A DNA stretch of 64,000 nucleotides, taken from Octopus sinensis. Lineage: Eukaryota. Within the stretch, counting starts at the first letter, position 1, and each line of letters opens with the position of its first letter. A program made the translations under genes and the position numbers. Shown in pieces: positions 25,412 through 38,419 of the stretch. The stretch covers positions 35,650,001 through 35,714,000 of the forward strand of contig NC_042998.1 of assembly GCF_006345805.1 (NCBI RefSeq), read 5' to 3'. Below the pieces are notes generated by a model, which was not told the origin of the DNA, did not search any database, and worked only from the letters and a program-made list of their open reading frames with translations.

Positions 25412-26592
25412 CTGGAAAATAAAGAGAGAAGGTAGAAGCAATGACACATGTAGCGCTCTGCATTAAGTCATCATCATCATCATTTAACGTCTGCTTTCCA
25501 TGCTAGCATGGGTTGGACGATTTGGCTGAGGTCTGGCAAACCAGACTCCAATCTGATCTGGCAGAGTTTCTACAGCTGGATGCCCTTCCTAACGCCAACC
25601 ACTCCGAGAGTGTAGTGGGTGCTTTTACGTTCCACCAGCACAAGGGCCAGTTTGGTGGTACTGGCAACGGCCACGCCCAAATGGTGCTTTTCATGTGCCA
25701 CCTGCACAGGAGCCAGTCCAGCAGCACTGGCAACGACCTTGCTTGAATGTTTCACGTGCCACCAGCACACGTGCTAGTAAGGCGACGCGGTAATCTTAAT
25801 GCAGCCCTTCTGTTAAACCCCTGGGTCAATAGCTTGTATTTAAATTACTGTCGTTGTATTGAGCTGGTGGCACATAAAAAACACCCATTACACTCTGAGA
25901 GCGGTTGGCATTAGGAAAGGCACTCAGCTGTAAAAACTTTGCCAAATCAGATTGGAACTTGAATCAGACCCCAGTTTTCAGTCAAACCATCCAGCTCATG
26001 CCAGCATGGAAAGTGGACTTAAGGTGATGAAGATAAATTTAACTTTCAATATTTCAATTTATCTGTTTACAGCCCTCATAACTTAGTGCTTCAGCTAAAG
26101 AGACTGATAGAATAAGTAAAAAATAAATACTGAGTATCAATGAAACCCTTTAAGGGTGAATAAGAGATAAAGAAGATGGCATTTTGGGTTCTTCCTCTAC
26201 TAGCAAAAAGTACTTTAAAACTTCCATTAACTGAGAAGGTTTTGATACCCTCAGACCAAAGTAGAGGCTTCCACACAGTTTCTGTCTCTTAAAATACGCT
26301 TACATAGCTTGAGTCAATTGATAGACTAAGATAGAAGGCATTGGTCCAAGGTCCTGCAGGGTTTGATTGAAACTAGAACCCTGTGGCGACACAGGAAACT
26401 CGTTAACCTCACAGCCAAGCTTGGACTCCAATTAAGGAAGACTGAAAGCTATAACAACAACACCAACAACAATTGCTTCACCAGTAAATAAATCTCTAAA
26501 TTCACAAAACAAAAAAAAAAACCATTACAACATGCCTCGAAAAGCATTGATAAAATGGATATGAAACAAAACGATAAAAGAAATGGGAACAT

Positions 26593-26754
26593 AGGCGTAG
26601 GAGTGGCTGTGTGGTGAGTAGCTTGCTTATGAACCACATGATTCCGGGTTTAGACCCACTGCGTGCACCTTGGGCAAGTGTCTTCTACTATAGCCTCGGT
26701 CCGACCAAAGCCTTGTGAGTGGATTTGGTAGACGAAAACTGAAAGAAGCCCGTC

Positions 26755-26791
<37 letters not shown>

Positions 26792-26793
26792 AT

Positions 26794-26836
<43 letters not shown>

Positions 26837-27070
26837 TGTATGTGTATATGTTTCTGTGTCTGTGTTTGTCCCCCTTCCCCCCAACATTGCTTGACAACCG
26901 TTGCTGGTGTGTTTACATCCCTGTAACTTAGCGGTTCGGCAAAAGAGACCGATAGAATAACTACTAGGCTTACAAAGAATAAGTCCTGGGGTCGATGTGC
27001 TCGACTAAAAGGCGGTGCTCCAGCATGGCCGCAGTCAAAAGACTGAAACAAGTAATAGAGTAAAAAGAGT
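26593..27070 (+). mobile_element. tRNA-derived CORE-like SINE with central (TA)n/(GT)n and GAGTAAAA-type tail (representative copy)
   Basis: Head ggcgtaggagtggctgtgtgg...gcaccttgggcaagtgtctt; tail gctccagcatggccgcagtc...gaaacaagta. Other copies at about 1940-2305(-), 2762-3150(+), 11120-12222(-), 22820-23135(+), 34085-34470(-), 39700-40090(-), 44045-44455(-), 45330-45735(-), 52135-52748(+), 59840-60225(+), 61675-62085(-). Confidence 0.85.
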
Positions 27071-27077
27071 ATCTCAC

Positions 27078-27202
27078 CTGCATATTGAAGATCACTATGT
27101 CTGGGAAACAGCTGTTTGCGAATATACTGCGGACATTCCAGGTACTGTAGGAGCCGACCAAAGAGGTGGTTGGAATCTGCCTTAAACCCTCCAGATGCAT
27201 TT
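27078..27202 (-). CDS. SPOUT1: SPOUT1 coding exon 6 (...GRLLQYLECPQYIRKQLFPRHSDLQYA)
   Basis: Conserved LQYLECPQY(L/I)RK motif; CCTTAG acceptor, GTGAGA donor; phase 2 to 1. Confidence 0.97.
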
Positions 27203-28052
27203 CTAAGGATAAAACAGAATGCGCATAAGCAGAGTTGCTGTAGTATGGCTACAAAAATCCTAACAGAAACCTTTGTTGCAAATGAAAGGAAATTATTCTA
27301 GGCTTTTAGAGAGTAAGAATCAAGTTGTGATCCCTGTGCCGGTGGCACGTAAAAAGCACCATCCGAACGTGGCCGATGCCAGCGCCACCCTGACTGGCTT
27401 CCGTGCCGGTGGCACGTAAAAAGCACCCACTACACTCACGGAGTGGATGGCGTTAGGAAGGGCATCCAGCTGTAGAAACACTGCCAGATCAGACTGGAGC
27501 CTGGTGCAGCCTCCTGGCTTCCCAGACCCCGGTTGAACCGTCCAACCCATGCTAGCATGGAAAACAGACATTAAACAATGATGATGATAATGTTTATGAA
27601 AGAGTGTGGAAACATAAAGTGTATACCTAATGTGAGGTGATATATATCTCCATGTACATAAAAAACACCTGTGCTGGTGCCACATGTAAAGCACCCAAGC
27701 TGGTGTCACATATGAAGCCCTGGTGCTGATGCGACATAAAAAGCACTGGCTATGGTGCCACATAAGAAGTACCCAGTACACTCTGTACAGTGGTTGGCAT
27801 AGGAAAGGCAGCCAGTCATAGAAAACAAGCCAAGACAGACAATTATAGCCTGGTGTAACTCTCCAACATGGGCAAATGGTGGACAGTCTGCCAACACACA
27901 GTTCACACGGGATATAATTAAAGTGGATTTCTACTTTAATTCACCATCCTTAGAGATTACCAACATTTCATTTTTGGTTCTTCCTCTCCATAGAATTAAA
28001 ATGATGCATTAAAATTTTTAGTCTTGAATTCCAAACAACATTACTGAGAACG

Positions 28053-28132
28053 TGACAGTACATATACTAAGAAGATTAGCATGACCCCAGCGCAAGGATG
28101 ACACGCAAATTCATGAAGTGTTCCATATTTTT
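28053..28132 (+). pseudogene. RNU6: U6 snRNA retrocopy with a 17-nt internal deletion, fused to an RTE 3'UTR
   Basis: cagtacatatactaa|gaagattagcatgaccccagcgcaaggatgacacgcaaattcatgaagtgttccatattttt matches U6 except for loss of aattggaacgatacaga. Confidence 0.92.
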
Positions 28133-28602
28133 ATCGTTGCCAGTGCCGCCAGACTGGCTTCGTGCAGGTAGCACGTAAAAACACCTTTGAGCGTGGTCAT
28201 TGCCAGAACCGACTGACTGGCCCTTGTGCTGGTAGCACATAAAAGCACTCACTACACACTCGGAGTGGTTGACGTTAGGAGGGGCATGCAGCAGTAGAAA
28301 CTTTGCCAGGTCTGATTGAGCCGAGTGCAGCCTCCTGGCTCGCCAGTGCTCAGTCAAACCGTCCAACCCATGCCAGCATGTAACATGGACGTTAAACGAT
28401 GATGATATAAAATGCACCATGTGAACGTAGTCAATGCCAGTGCCCCCTGTCTGGCTCCCATGCCGGAGGCATGTAAAAAGCACCGTCCAAACATGGTCGA
28501 TGCCAGATGCTTTTTACATGCCAAATCACTAATCAAATTAATGATAACAGTAATGATTAGGTTGACAATAATAATAATAATAATTAAGAATATAAAACTC
28601 AC

Positions 28603-28673
28603 CTGTCACTGTGTTTTCTTTCATCAAAGACAACAATTTCATCAACATTAAAGATCACAGCTGCACGAGCCAC
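28603..28673 (-). CDS. SPOUT1: SPOUT1 coding exon 5 (VARAAVIFNVDEIVVFDERKHSD)
   Basis: Match to IARACAIFCVDEIVVFDE; TTGCAG acceptor, GTGAGT donor. Confidence 0.97.
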
Positions 28674-29174
28674 CTGCAATCAACACAATGTACATGAAAA
28701 TATTTAAAAGAGTTGCACAATATATGCTGGTGATGGTGCACATTCTATAGTATAAATCACAGCAAATTCTACAAGTCTTGAGTGTACATAACTAGCAGAA
28801 TCTTTATTCGTAGTGTTCTGGTGCCACATGAAAAGCACTAGTGATGGTGTCATATAAAAAAATAGCACCGAGTACACTCTGTAAAGTGGCTGGCAGCAAG
28901 AACAGCATCCAACTGTAGAAAATAGACTATGGAATCTGGCGTGGCTCCCGTCAAACTGTCCAATCCATGCCAGCATGGAAAGCAGACATACGATGACGAT
29001 AATGATGATTACACCCCCAGCAGATCAAGCTTGCCTAATTTCTTTCCTGCCTTTGCAAAGTTTCTGCATTCAATGGCTGTGTTTCACCCCCATGCAATAT
29101 TACGCTTCACACACAAGCATCATATAATCTGCTCTTCACTTAGAGGGAGAAACCTTTTGTTGCTTACAGATTAA

Positions 29175-30081
29175 CCCTTTCGTTACTGTATTTATTTTGA
29201 GATGCTCTGTGTTTCTTTCAATTAATTTAAATATAACAAAGAATTTAGTAAAATAACTTTGTTGTCATTAAGCTAATGTTAGGAACATAAATTGTGACTA
29301 AGGTTTGGTGGAAGATTTTAATTCAAAACTTATGAAAACAAGACATTTGAACTCAGAGCCAGTTTCAGCCGAGTCGGTATCAAAAGGGTTAAGAATTGTT
29401 TCTCTATTATATATTTTAACCCTTTCGTTACCACGTTTCTGTTGAGATACTCTGTGTTTCTTTAAAATAACTTAGTTATCATTAAGCTAAAGGTTTGGTG
29501 GAAGATTTTAATTCAGAACTTATGAAAACAAGACATTTGTACTCAGAGCCAGAGCCAGTTTCAGCCGAGTCGGTATCAAAAGGGTTAAGAATTGTTTCTC
29601 TATTATACCCTTTCATTACTGTATTTATTTTGAGATGCTCTGTGTTTCTTTCAATTACTTTAAATATAACAAAGAATTTAGTAAAATAACTTAGTTATCA
29701 TTCAGCTAGTGTTAGGAACATAAATTGCAACTAAGGTTTGGTGGAAGATTTTAATTCAAAACTTATGGAAACAAGACATTTGTACTTCAGAGCCAGAGCC
29801 AGTTTCAGCTGGGTTGGTATCAAAAGGGTTAAGAATTGTGCCTCTATTATATATTTTAACCCTTTCGTTACCACATTTCTGTTGAGATGCTCAGTGTTTC
29901 TTTCAATTAATTTTAAATATAACAAAGAATTTAGTAAAATAACTTCGTTGTCATTAAGCTAGTGTTAGGAACATAAATTGTGACTAAGGTTTGGTGGAAG
30001 ATTTTAATTCAGAACTTATGAAAACAAGACATTTGTACTCAGAGCCAGAGGCCGGTTCCAGCCAGGTTGGTAACGAAAGGG
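29175..30081. mobile_element. Four tandem piggyBac-type MITEs
   Basis: TTAA|CCCTTTCGTTAC...AAAGGG|TTAA; units 29175-29388, 29420-29584, 29608-29828 and 29860-30081; an inverted copy lies at about 17100-17410. Confidence 0.88.
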
Positions 30082-30459
30082 TCAAAGCTTTGTGAGTAGA
30101 TTTAGTCAACAGAAACGGAAAGACACTTGTTGCAAATGTGCCTGTGCATGTGTGTGTGTGCACGTGTCCCCACTTCACAACTGGTGTCTGTGTGTTTACA
30201 TGTCCATAACTTAGCTGTTATGGAGAATAAGTGCTGGGCATTAAAAATTAAATACCGGAATCAATTCATTCAACTAAAAATGCTTCAAGGCGATGCCCCA
30301 GCATGGCCACAATTATTTCATTTATCTTTTACTTAAACGATAAAAGAAATAACAATAGTATATTGTCTTTCAAAGAATCTTCAGTCCAATATTTCTTTCT
30401 AAACAAATCATATTTCTTTTTTTCCAATTTAATTTTTATATTTCATAGATTTGTCCTAC

Positions 30460-30548
30460 CTGGCCAACTAAATATGTCCGAAGAACGGCAGCCTGGGCAT
30501 TATCCAAAATTGATCCAGGCAAAGCAATGGTCAGAGTATATGACCGGC
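30460..30548 (-). CDS. SPOUT1: SPOUT1 coding exon 4 (GRSYTLTIALPGSILDNAQAAVLRTYLVGQ)
   Basis: Recognisable match to human GRPYTLSVALPGSILDNAQSPELRTYLAGQ; AG/GT boundaries. Confidence 0.97.
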
Positions 30549-31488
30549 CTGCAAAAAGTAAAACAAAGAAATAATTATAGCTCACACACATACAATTGCA
30601 TATGGTGTAGGGATTAGGATAGTTGGCTTTCACCCTAGCAACCTGGGTTCAATTCTCATCATGGGAATATAATTTTTGTCCAATCCATGCCAGCAAGGGA
30701 AATGAACATTAAATGATGAAGATGATGACACATTTGAAAAGAGTTTGCTGGCATGGGTTGGACGAGGTTAATAATAACTTCTTACAAAACATCTGTTCAG
30801 TTTACAAAATGACCAAATTTATAATTATCATGGCAACAAGGTAAAACACATTAAAAAATTAAATTCTAAAACAAATCAACACCAAATATTAAAAAAAAAT
30901 ATGAAAGACGGAATAAACAATGAGATTCAGCACCATCCGTTCGTGTCCGTTGCCAGCCTCGCCTGGCCCCCATGCCGGTGACACGTAAAAGCACCATCCG
31001 TTCGTGGCCATTTGCCAGCTCTGTCTGGCACCTGTGCGGGTGGCACGTAAAAAGCACCCACTACACTCACAAAGTGGTTGGCGTTAGGAAGGGCATCCAG
31101 CCGTAGAAACACTGCCAGATCTGACTGGGCCTGATGAAGCCTTCCAGCTTCACAGACCCCAGTTGAACCGTCCAACCCATGCTAGCATGGAAAACGGACG
31201 CTAGATGATGATGATGATGATTCAGCAAAACTTTTAAACTAAATGTAGCATCGAAATCTTTTACAAAAAATTTCTCGCTACTTTTAAATTTGAAGATTGC
31301 ATGTTTTCAATATAACATTTTAGAGAATGATTTATAATGACCATTACAAAAAATCATTAAACTTCTTTTTCTTGATCAATAGCATCTGTACCAAAAATCA
31401 AGCCAAGAAATGCTGAACCTACTCAAAAATAACAGCAAGAATATAAAGTTTCAGCAACAGATCATTTTAGTAGTTTTAATTCTACAAC

Positions 31489-31611
31489 CTTTGCCATCAT
31501 TTTTTTCTTTATTTTTGGTATTTGTATTTAATTCTTCTGATTCTGTAGCTTTCTTTGTTGTTTTTTCTTGTGTTTTCATTTTTTCCAGTAATTCTTTTTC
31601 CTTCGGTTCAT
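31489..31611 (-). CDS. SPOUT1: SPOUT1 coding exon 3 (Lys/Glu-rich, EPKEKELLEK...NDGK)
   Basis: TTTTTAG acceptor; K/E-rich as in SPOUT1 N-termini; weak donor AAG|GTTGTA; phase 1-1. Confidence 0.8.
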
Positions 31612-33515
31612 CTAAAAATACAAAAAGGAAAACAAACATAAAAAAAAACAAAAGAATTAGTCGTAATGGCATTCAGATTATCTCTCATACTCCAACCTCT
31701 CACCTGGGACACAGCACTTCTCCCAGTTGAGATTTTCTTGTCTGGCAAGCTGTGTGACGACCCTGCAGGTACTGATACCACTTAAAAAAGCACCTGTGCT
31801 AGCGTCACATAAAAAGCACCCAGTACACTCTTTAAAAATGTTAGGAAGGGTATCCAGACATAGAAACCATGTGAAAATGAACGACAGGAGCCTGGTGCAG
31901 CCCTCTTGCTTGTCAGCTCATCAGGTCATCCAACCCATGCCAGCATGGAAAATAGACATATGATGATACATCAACAGTCAGAAATTTTTTTGTTTGTCTG
32001 TCTCAGTAAGGCCTCCTACCTCAGGTAGCAGATATTCAAATCTAACAGAAAGGCATGTAAAAATAATGATTCTAAGGAAAGGTTTAATAAAAGCATTGAT
32101 GGGACATTGAAAATTAGTGAGTAAATCGCCACATTATTTGACTTTTAATCTGTTGTTCTGTTTCTTTACTGAAACTCTGAGGTAAGCAGTGATAGCCTCA
32201 GGCTGGTGTCAATGACCCCTATTAGAGCTCAAACGAGTTTGAATTTCAAAGAGATGGGATAAGCTTTCTCTACTTAAGATTGTAGGAGTTGATCGATGAA
32301 GAGTTGGATTTTCAAGCTGCCATTACACAGGAGAACAGGTATATTAACAGATTGCTCACCTGTGACATGTAACAGCAGAAACATTGAGAAAAGTTAAAAC
32401 ATTTTGCAAACCATAAGATTCCATATCCAAACGCCTGTACTTTGAAAAACACCTCACTAGAGTTGGTATAAAGGTAAGACAACAGATTATCTATGGCACC
32501 GCAGATAGAGGAAGATAGAAACAACAACATAAAGATGGAATTCAATACATTTGATGGATTACTTCTTGGATCATCAATCTCGTGAAACTCATTCCACATT
32601 CTAAATCAGCCCTGTAAGCTAACAGGGCACTCATTACTCTTAGAATAGTTACCACCTTCAGCAGAAAATTGTAATTCTTCATGATATCTATTTTAAGATG
32701 GGGTAGATTGGGTTAGTGTTTGTGTCAGCACAAAACCAGCAGAGTAGTCTGTGGTCTGTAGCTAAAATAGTGGAATAATCTATCTAGCAAGAAACTTTAT
32801 AGAGTAATCTCCCTTTAATAAGTCTCTCCGAAGATTCTACTCCATGCGAAGTATTTCTTAATTATTCAAGAAGCTTTGCATTTCTATTAGAAGTTTCTAG
32901 AACGTCTAGCATTCCATTAATAAAAACAGCTTGCTAACCCTGCTCTTCACTTCTTAGACTTAGAGCCATTCATATCGTTGCTGTGTCCATCTATTTCTCT
33001 ACGCTACGTGACTGAAAACCACCACTTAGCTGTTATTTCTGCATTTCTGAACTTCCTTGCATAGATTACTTCATTCAACTAAATTCTACATTTTGATTAT
33101 ATTTCATGAACAACCAATGAATAAAATATATTTTCATGTAGTAAATATATAGTTCTTAAATTTATTCTTCTTCTTTGTAAGAATTCTTCTAATAATATAC
33201 ACGCAGCCAGTTCAATACTTGATGATGATGATGATGATACTGAACATATATACACACAACACCAGTAATACAATGCAAACCCCTGGGCCTTAAGCTACAA
33301 GTCTGACATCCAACTACAACTCTCCATGAACGAAGAAAAGACAATTATGATATCAATGTTGTGGAATATGTGGATACATTCATATAAAATCAATGAAGCT
33401 ATATATACATATCATCTAACTGTCTGGATGTTTTGTTGTCCCTTTTTTATATCATCTAACTGTCTGGATGTTTTGCATTCTTGTCCTATTTTTTGTAATC
33501 CTTTTTATATATATA

Positions 33516-33908
33516 CTAGCAGTATCGCTAGCGTTGCTCGAGTTTGTAAGGGAAATAACTATATAAGCATTTTTAGAGATGTAAAGTATAATAGCCATCT
33601 CAATATGGCTAACCACAAAGGGGAGTATTACTGTAGCTTGTTACGTTCTGACATTTAATAATAAATTTTTAGAGAGTTACTTCCCTTATATATACCAAAA
33701 ATGCATTAAAAATGGGAAAAATTAATGGTAAATTTTTTTTAAATCGTAGACTCATCGTAGATGCGCGCTAATACCCAGAAGGGCTCGATATGAATCACGA
33801 CTATAAGATACCCAGTTTTGGTTAAACTGCACCACAATATGTGGGAGTAGTTAGGAATCTAAATCGTAGGAGACAGACAGCACACAACCTCACTTTTATA
33901 TATAAAGA
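33516..33908 (-). mobile_element. Non-autonomous Helitron (393 bp)
   Basis: 5' A|TCTTTATATATAAAAG and 3' ...gagcaacgctagcgatactgCTAG|T; inserted in a (TA)n tract; an empty paralogous site lies at about 35570-35610. Confidence 0.85.
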
Positions 33909-35304
33909 TATATACATATCCAGTTTGAACAAGCAGCTTGTAAGTGTTTTTATCTATTTTTTCATTATTATTCTACCTCACACTTCCATTGAATATCATT
34001 TATTTTTCATCAACTACTTTGGACATGACTAAATATAAACAACAGAATATTGTTATAAAATTGTATGCAAGTAAATATATATATACTCTTTACTCTCTTT
34101 TACTTGTTTCAGTCATTTGACTGCGGCCATGCTGGAGCACCGCCTTTTTAGTCGAGCAAATCGACCCTGGGACTTATTCTTTGTAAGCCCAGTACTTATT
34201 CTATCGGTCTCTTTTGCCGAACCGCTAAGTGACGGGGACGTAAACACACCAGCATCGGTTGTCAAGCAATGCTACGGGGACAAACACACACATACACATA
34301 TATACATATATATACGACAGGCTTCTTTCAGTTTCCGTCTACCAAATCTACTCACAAGGCATTGGTCGGCCCAGGGCTATAGCAGAAGACACTTGCCCAA
34401 GATGCCACGCAGTGGGACTGAACCCGGAACCATGTGGTTGGTTAGCAAGCTACTTACCACACAGCCACTCCTACGCCTATGTAGGATTACAAAAAATGGG
34501 ACAAGAACACAAAACATCCAGACAGTTAGGTGATATAAGAATGGGACAACAAAACATCCAGACAGTTAGATGATATAAAAAAAGGGACAACAAAACATCC
34601 TGACAGACGATACAAAAAAAGGGATGAGAAAAAATGACGGGTCATTTGGAGTTTTCTTTCCTCAGTCGAGTATAATTTTTTTTTCAGAATGAGACTAAGA
34701 ACCAAGGCTGTGAAGATATTAGAACATTTATAAATAGGTCTTACAGCTGTTTCCAGGATATTTATTATACCCCTTCATCGGAGATGGTCTGAGAAAATGG
34801 TTAAGCAATAGTTAATTTAGATAAGATACAAAATAGAGAGTGAAGTGGAGCAATGAAAATAGATGTGAGATATGCAGGGATATTGCATTTGTAGATCCAT
34901 TATTTAGGCAGAATGGTATACATATAAGATTCCAATATCTTATGAGTAAATTCCAATAGTATTTGGAGCTTAACTATGGTCTAACCATAGCACTTACTCA
35001 GTATTACCCGATACCTTTGGGTCTTATTGACACCATTACCTCTCATAACCTCTCTCTCTATACATATATATATATATATGAATATAAGAAAAGGAAAAAA
35101 TTGTAAGTGTAGACGAACTTTAATTCATAATCCAGGTTGGTACAGAACCAATATACATTCTACAAATTGTATTTATATGTATATATTTTTATATATATTC
35201 TTTACTTGGACAGTACCGGCAGAATTGTATGTTTGACATCCCTTTGAAGGATTTCAGTCTTCACCACTTTTATATACATACATACATGCATGCATATATA
35301 TATT

Positions 35305-35338
<34 letters not shown>

Positions 35339-35562
35339 TACACATAAGCAGCTGAAATTGCAAAGATAATCTGGAACTCGACTGAGGAAAGAAAACTCCA
35401 AATGACCCGTCATTTTTTCTCATCCCTTTTTTTGTATCGTCTGTCAGGATGTTTTGTTGTCCCTTTTTTTATATCATCTAACTGTCTGGATGTTTTGTTG
35501 TCCCATTCTTATATCACCTAACTGTCTGGATGTTTTGTGTTCTTGTCCCATTTTTTGTAATC

Positions 35563-35605
<43 letters not shown>

Positions 35606-37055
35606 TACATACATATCCAGTTTGAGCAAACAGCTTGTCAGTGTTTTTATCTATTTTTTCATTATTATTCTACCTCACACTTCCATTGAATATCATTTAT
35701 CTTTGATCAACTCCTTTGGACATGACTAAATATAAACAACAGAATGTAGTTATAAAATTGTATGCAAGTAAACACAGTGATTACCCCGTGCTTCAAAAAT
35801 GGAACTAAATAAATGGAATAAATGGAATAAACATATGAAGCAAAATAAATGTATCCCTGTATGTTACAAAAAAAAACAACTTTATCAAACTACACTTGAC
35901 ACAGTGAACCCCGTCTCGGGAGCATGTAAAAAGCACCAGCCGAATGTAGTCGATGCCAGTGCTGCTTTGACTGGCTTCCGTGCCAGTGGCACGTAAAAAG
36001 CACCATCCGATCGTGGTCAATGCCAGCTCCTCTGGCCCCTGTGCCGGTGGCACATAAAAAGCACCCACTACACTCTTAGAGTGGTTGGTGTTAGGAAGGG
36101 CATCCAGCTGTAGAAACACTGCTAGATCAGAGTGGGGCCTGGTGCAGCCTACGGGCTTCCCATACCCCAGTCGAACCGTCCAACCCATACCAGCATGGAA
36201 AGTGGACGTTAAACGATGATGATGACTTGATTGTAAAAAAACCCACTTAAAGCTTTTAAGGTTGGACGTTTTCATGTTCATTCATTTTGAAATATTGGGT
36301 AACGGCCACACACAAGCTGAGACCCAGGCATGTGATCTTCAGATATGTCTTTTTTTTAAATTGGTGGAAGGGGATTTCAGTATTTATATCATCATCATTT
36401 AACGTCTGTTTTCCATGCTGTCATGGGTTGGATGGTATGACAGGAACTGGCAAGGTCAGGAGCCACACCAGGTTCCACAGTCAGTCTTGAAAAGGTTTCT
36501 ACAGGAAGATACCCATCCTAATGCCAACCACTATACAGAGTGTACAGGGTGCTTTTTAATGTGGCACCAACACCAGTGTGGCGTAATGTCAGTATTTATA
36601 TGCGAGTGAGGTCGTTGCCAGTACAGCTGGACTGACTACTGTGCAGGTGGCACGTAAAAAAACACCTTTTGAGCGTGGCCATTGCCAGTACCACCAAACT
36701 TGCACGTAAAAGCACCCACTACACTCTCAGAGTGGTTGGCATTAGGAAGGGCATCCAGCTGTAGAAACTCTGCCAGATCAGATTGGAGCCTAGTGCAGCC
36801 ATCTGGTTTGCCAGCCCTCAGTCAAATCGTCCGACCCATGCCAGCATGGGAAGCGGATGTTAAATGATGATGATGATGATGTACATATTTACAATTATAC
36901 TTCAAAGTTTGTTCTGTGTTTAATCATGTGGAAAGGATAACAAGAATATTCCTTGCAGGGTAATAATGAACATGGAATGCTTTGTCTTCGGTATTTGCTT
37001 TGGTCAAATCAAACGCTAGAAGAATTATTTCAATATTAGAAGAAATTTTGCTTAC

Positions 37056-37089
37056 TTTCTTCCCTTTTCTGCTTCATTGCTTCCTGTAG
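37056..37089 (-). CDS. SPOUT1: SPOUT1 coding exon 2, 34-nt micro-exon (LQEAMKQKREE)
   Basis: Pyrimidine tract plus TTTGTAG acceptor; GTAAGC donor; the 3n+1 length bridges phase 0 (exon 1) to phase 1 (exon 3). Confidence 0.75.
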
Positions 37090-38419
37090 CTACAAATAAA
37101 AAGAAAAAGTTCAATTTTTTTTACACCCCCAAAAAGTTTTTCATACAAAAATATAGATTTTTTTCTTTTTTTTTTAATTAGACACACAGCTACTTTTTGA
37201 AAGAAATTTGATAGAATTTCATCGAAATGTTTTACGAAAAATGAAGGTGTGGCAGCAGGATGAGGGAACTTCTTGTAAAAGAGAAAGTCTTTTAAAAATG
37301 AAAGAGAACACTCAAGTTTTATGTTGATTAACACCTACATAACTTATTATTAGCTACATATTTCTTTTAAACCTTTGCCCAATTACATACATATACACAC
37401 ATACATATGTATCATCATCATCATCATCGTCGTTTAACGTCCGTTCTCCATGCTAGCATGGGTTGGACGGTTCGACCGGGGTTCTGGGAAGCCAGAAGGC
37501 TGCACCAGGCTCCAGTCTAATTTGGCAATGTTTCTACAGCTGGATGCCCTTCCTAACGCCAACCACTCCGTGAGTGTAGTGGGTGCTTTTTACGTGCCAC
37601 CTGCACAGGTGCCAGGCGGGGCTGGCAACGGCCACGGTCAGATTGGTGTATTTTATGTGCCACCGGCACGGAAGCCAGTCGAGGCGGTGCTGGCATCGGC
37701 CACGAGTCGGATAGTGCTTTTTACGTACCACCAGACCAGGGATCCTGGCTGGTTCAATTCGATTTCGATTTCGCTTGCCCCAACATGTATATATATATAT
37801 TTATATTTATATATATATATATATATTTAAGAAGGTGAATGAATTATCCTAGTATGGATAATTCGGTTAACCAATACCTGGGTAGCAAATTCACGTCAGA
37901 AAACACGGTTGAAGCTATATGCCAAGGGCAGGGATCCCGTGTTCTCGTGTGTAAATTTGTGTGTTTTTTTTAACTATGAATAAATGAAAGAATGGAGTCG
38001 AACGACGATTTTAACAAAATTCCTTTACTCTCGACATGTTTCGAAGGCTGCATATTCCTAATTCCGAAGGAATAAAGGGTGCATTATGCCGCCATATATA
38101 TATATATATATATTCAGATGAATATGGTACTTATGTTGAGGCACCAGAATTTAGTATGGTATTATGCATACAATTTCAAAATAAGGTGATTAAAATCAAA
38201 ATAAGCAACAAGGATATCCAGAGGTAATGTAGTACGATCGTTTCAAGCAACTCCATTTAATTGAACAATGCAATCATTATATCAATTTAAATGCAGAGCA
38301 ATCCTCAGCTGCATAAAGACACAGAATTTAATTAAATTAAAACAGATGGACACATTAATATAATTTTACCTAAAACGATCAGACTCGAATGGTGCTTTTT
38401 ACATATATATGTATATATA

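Noticed and set aside
25103-25830. ~35-bp direct repeat flanking exon 7
   Set aside because: Both copies look like pieces of a decayed tRNA-SINE; there is no evidence of an exon-carrying mobile unit.
32280-33060. Long unique stretch with a 95-aa minus-strand ORF in SPOUT1 intron 2
   Set aside because: No recognisable motifs, and the SPOUT1 model is complete and in phase without it.
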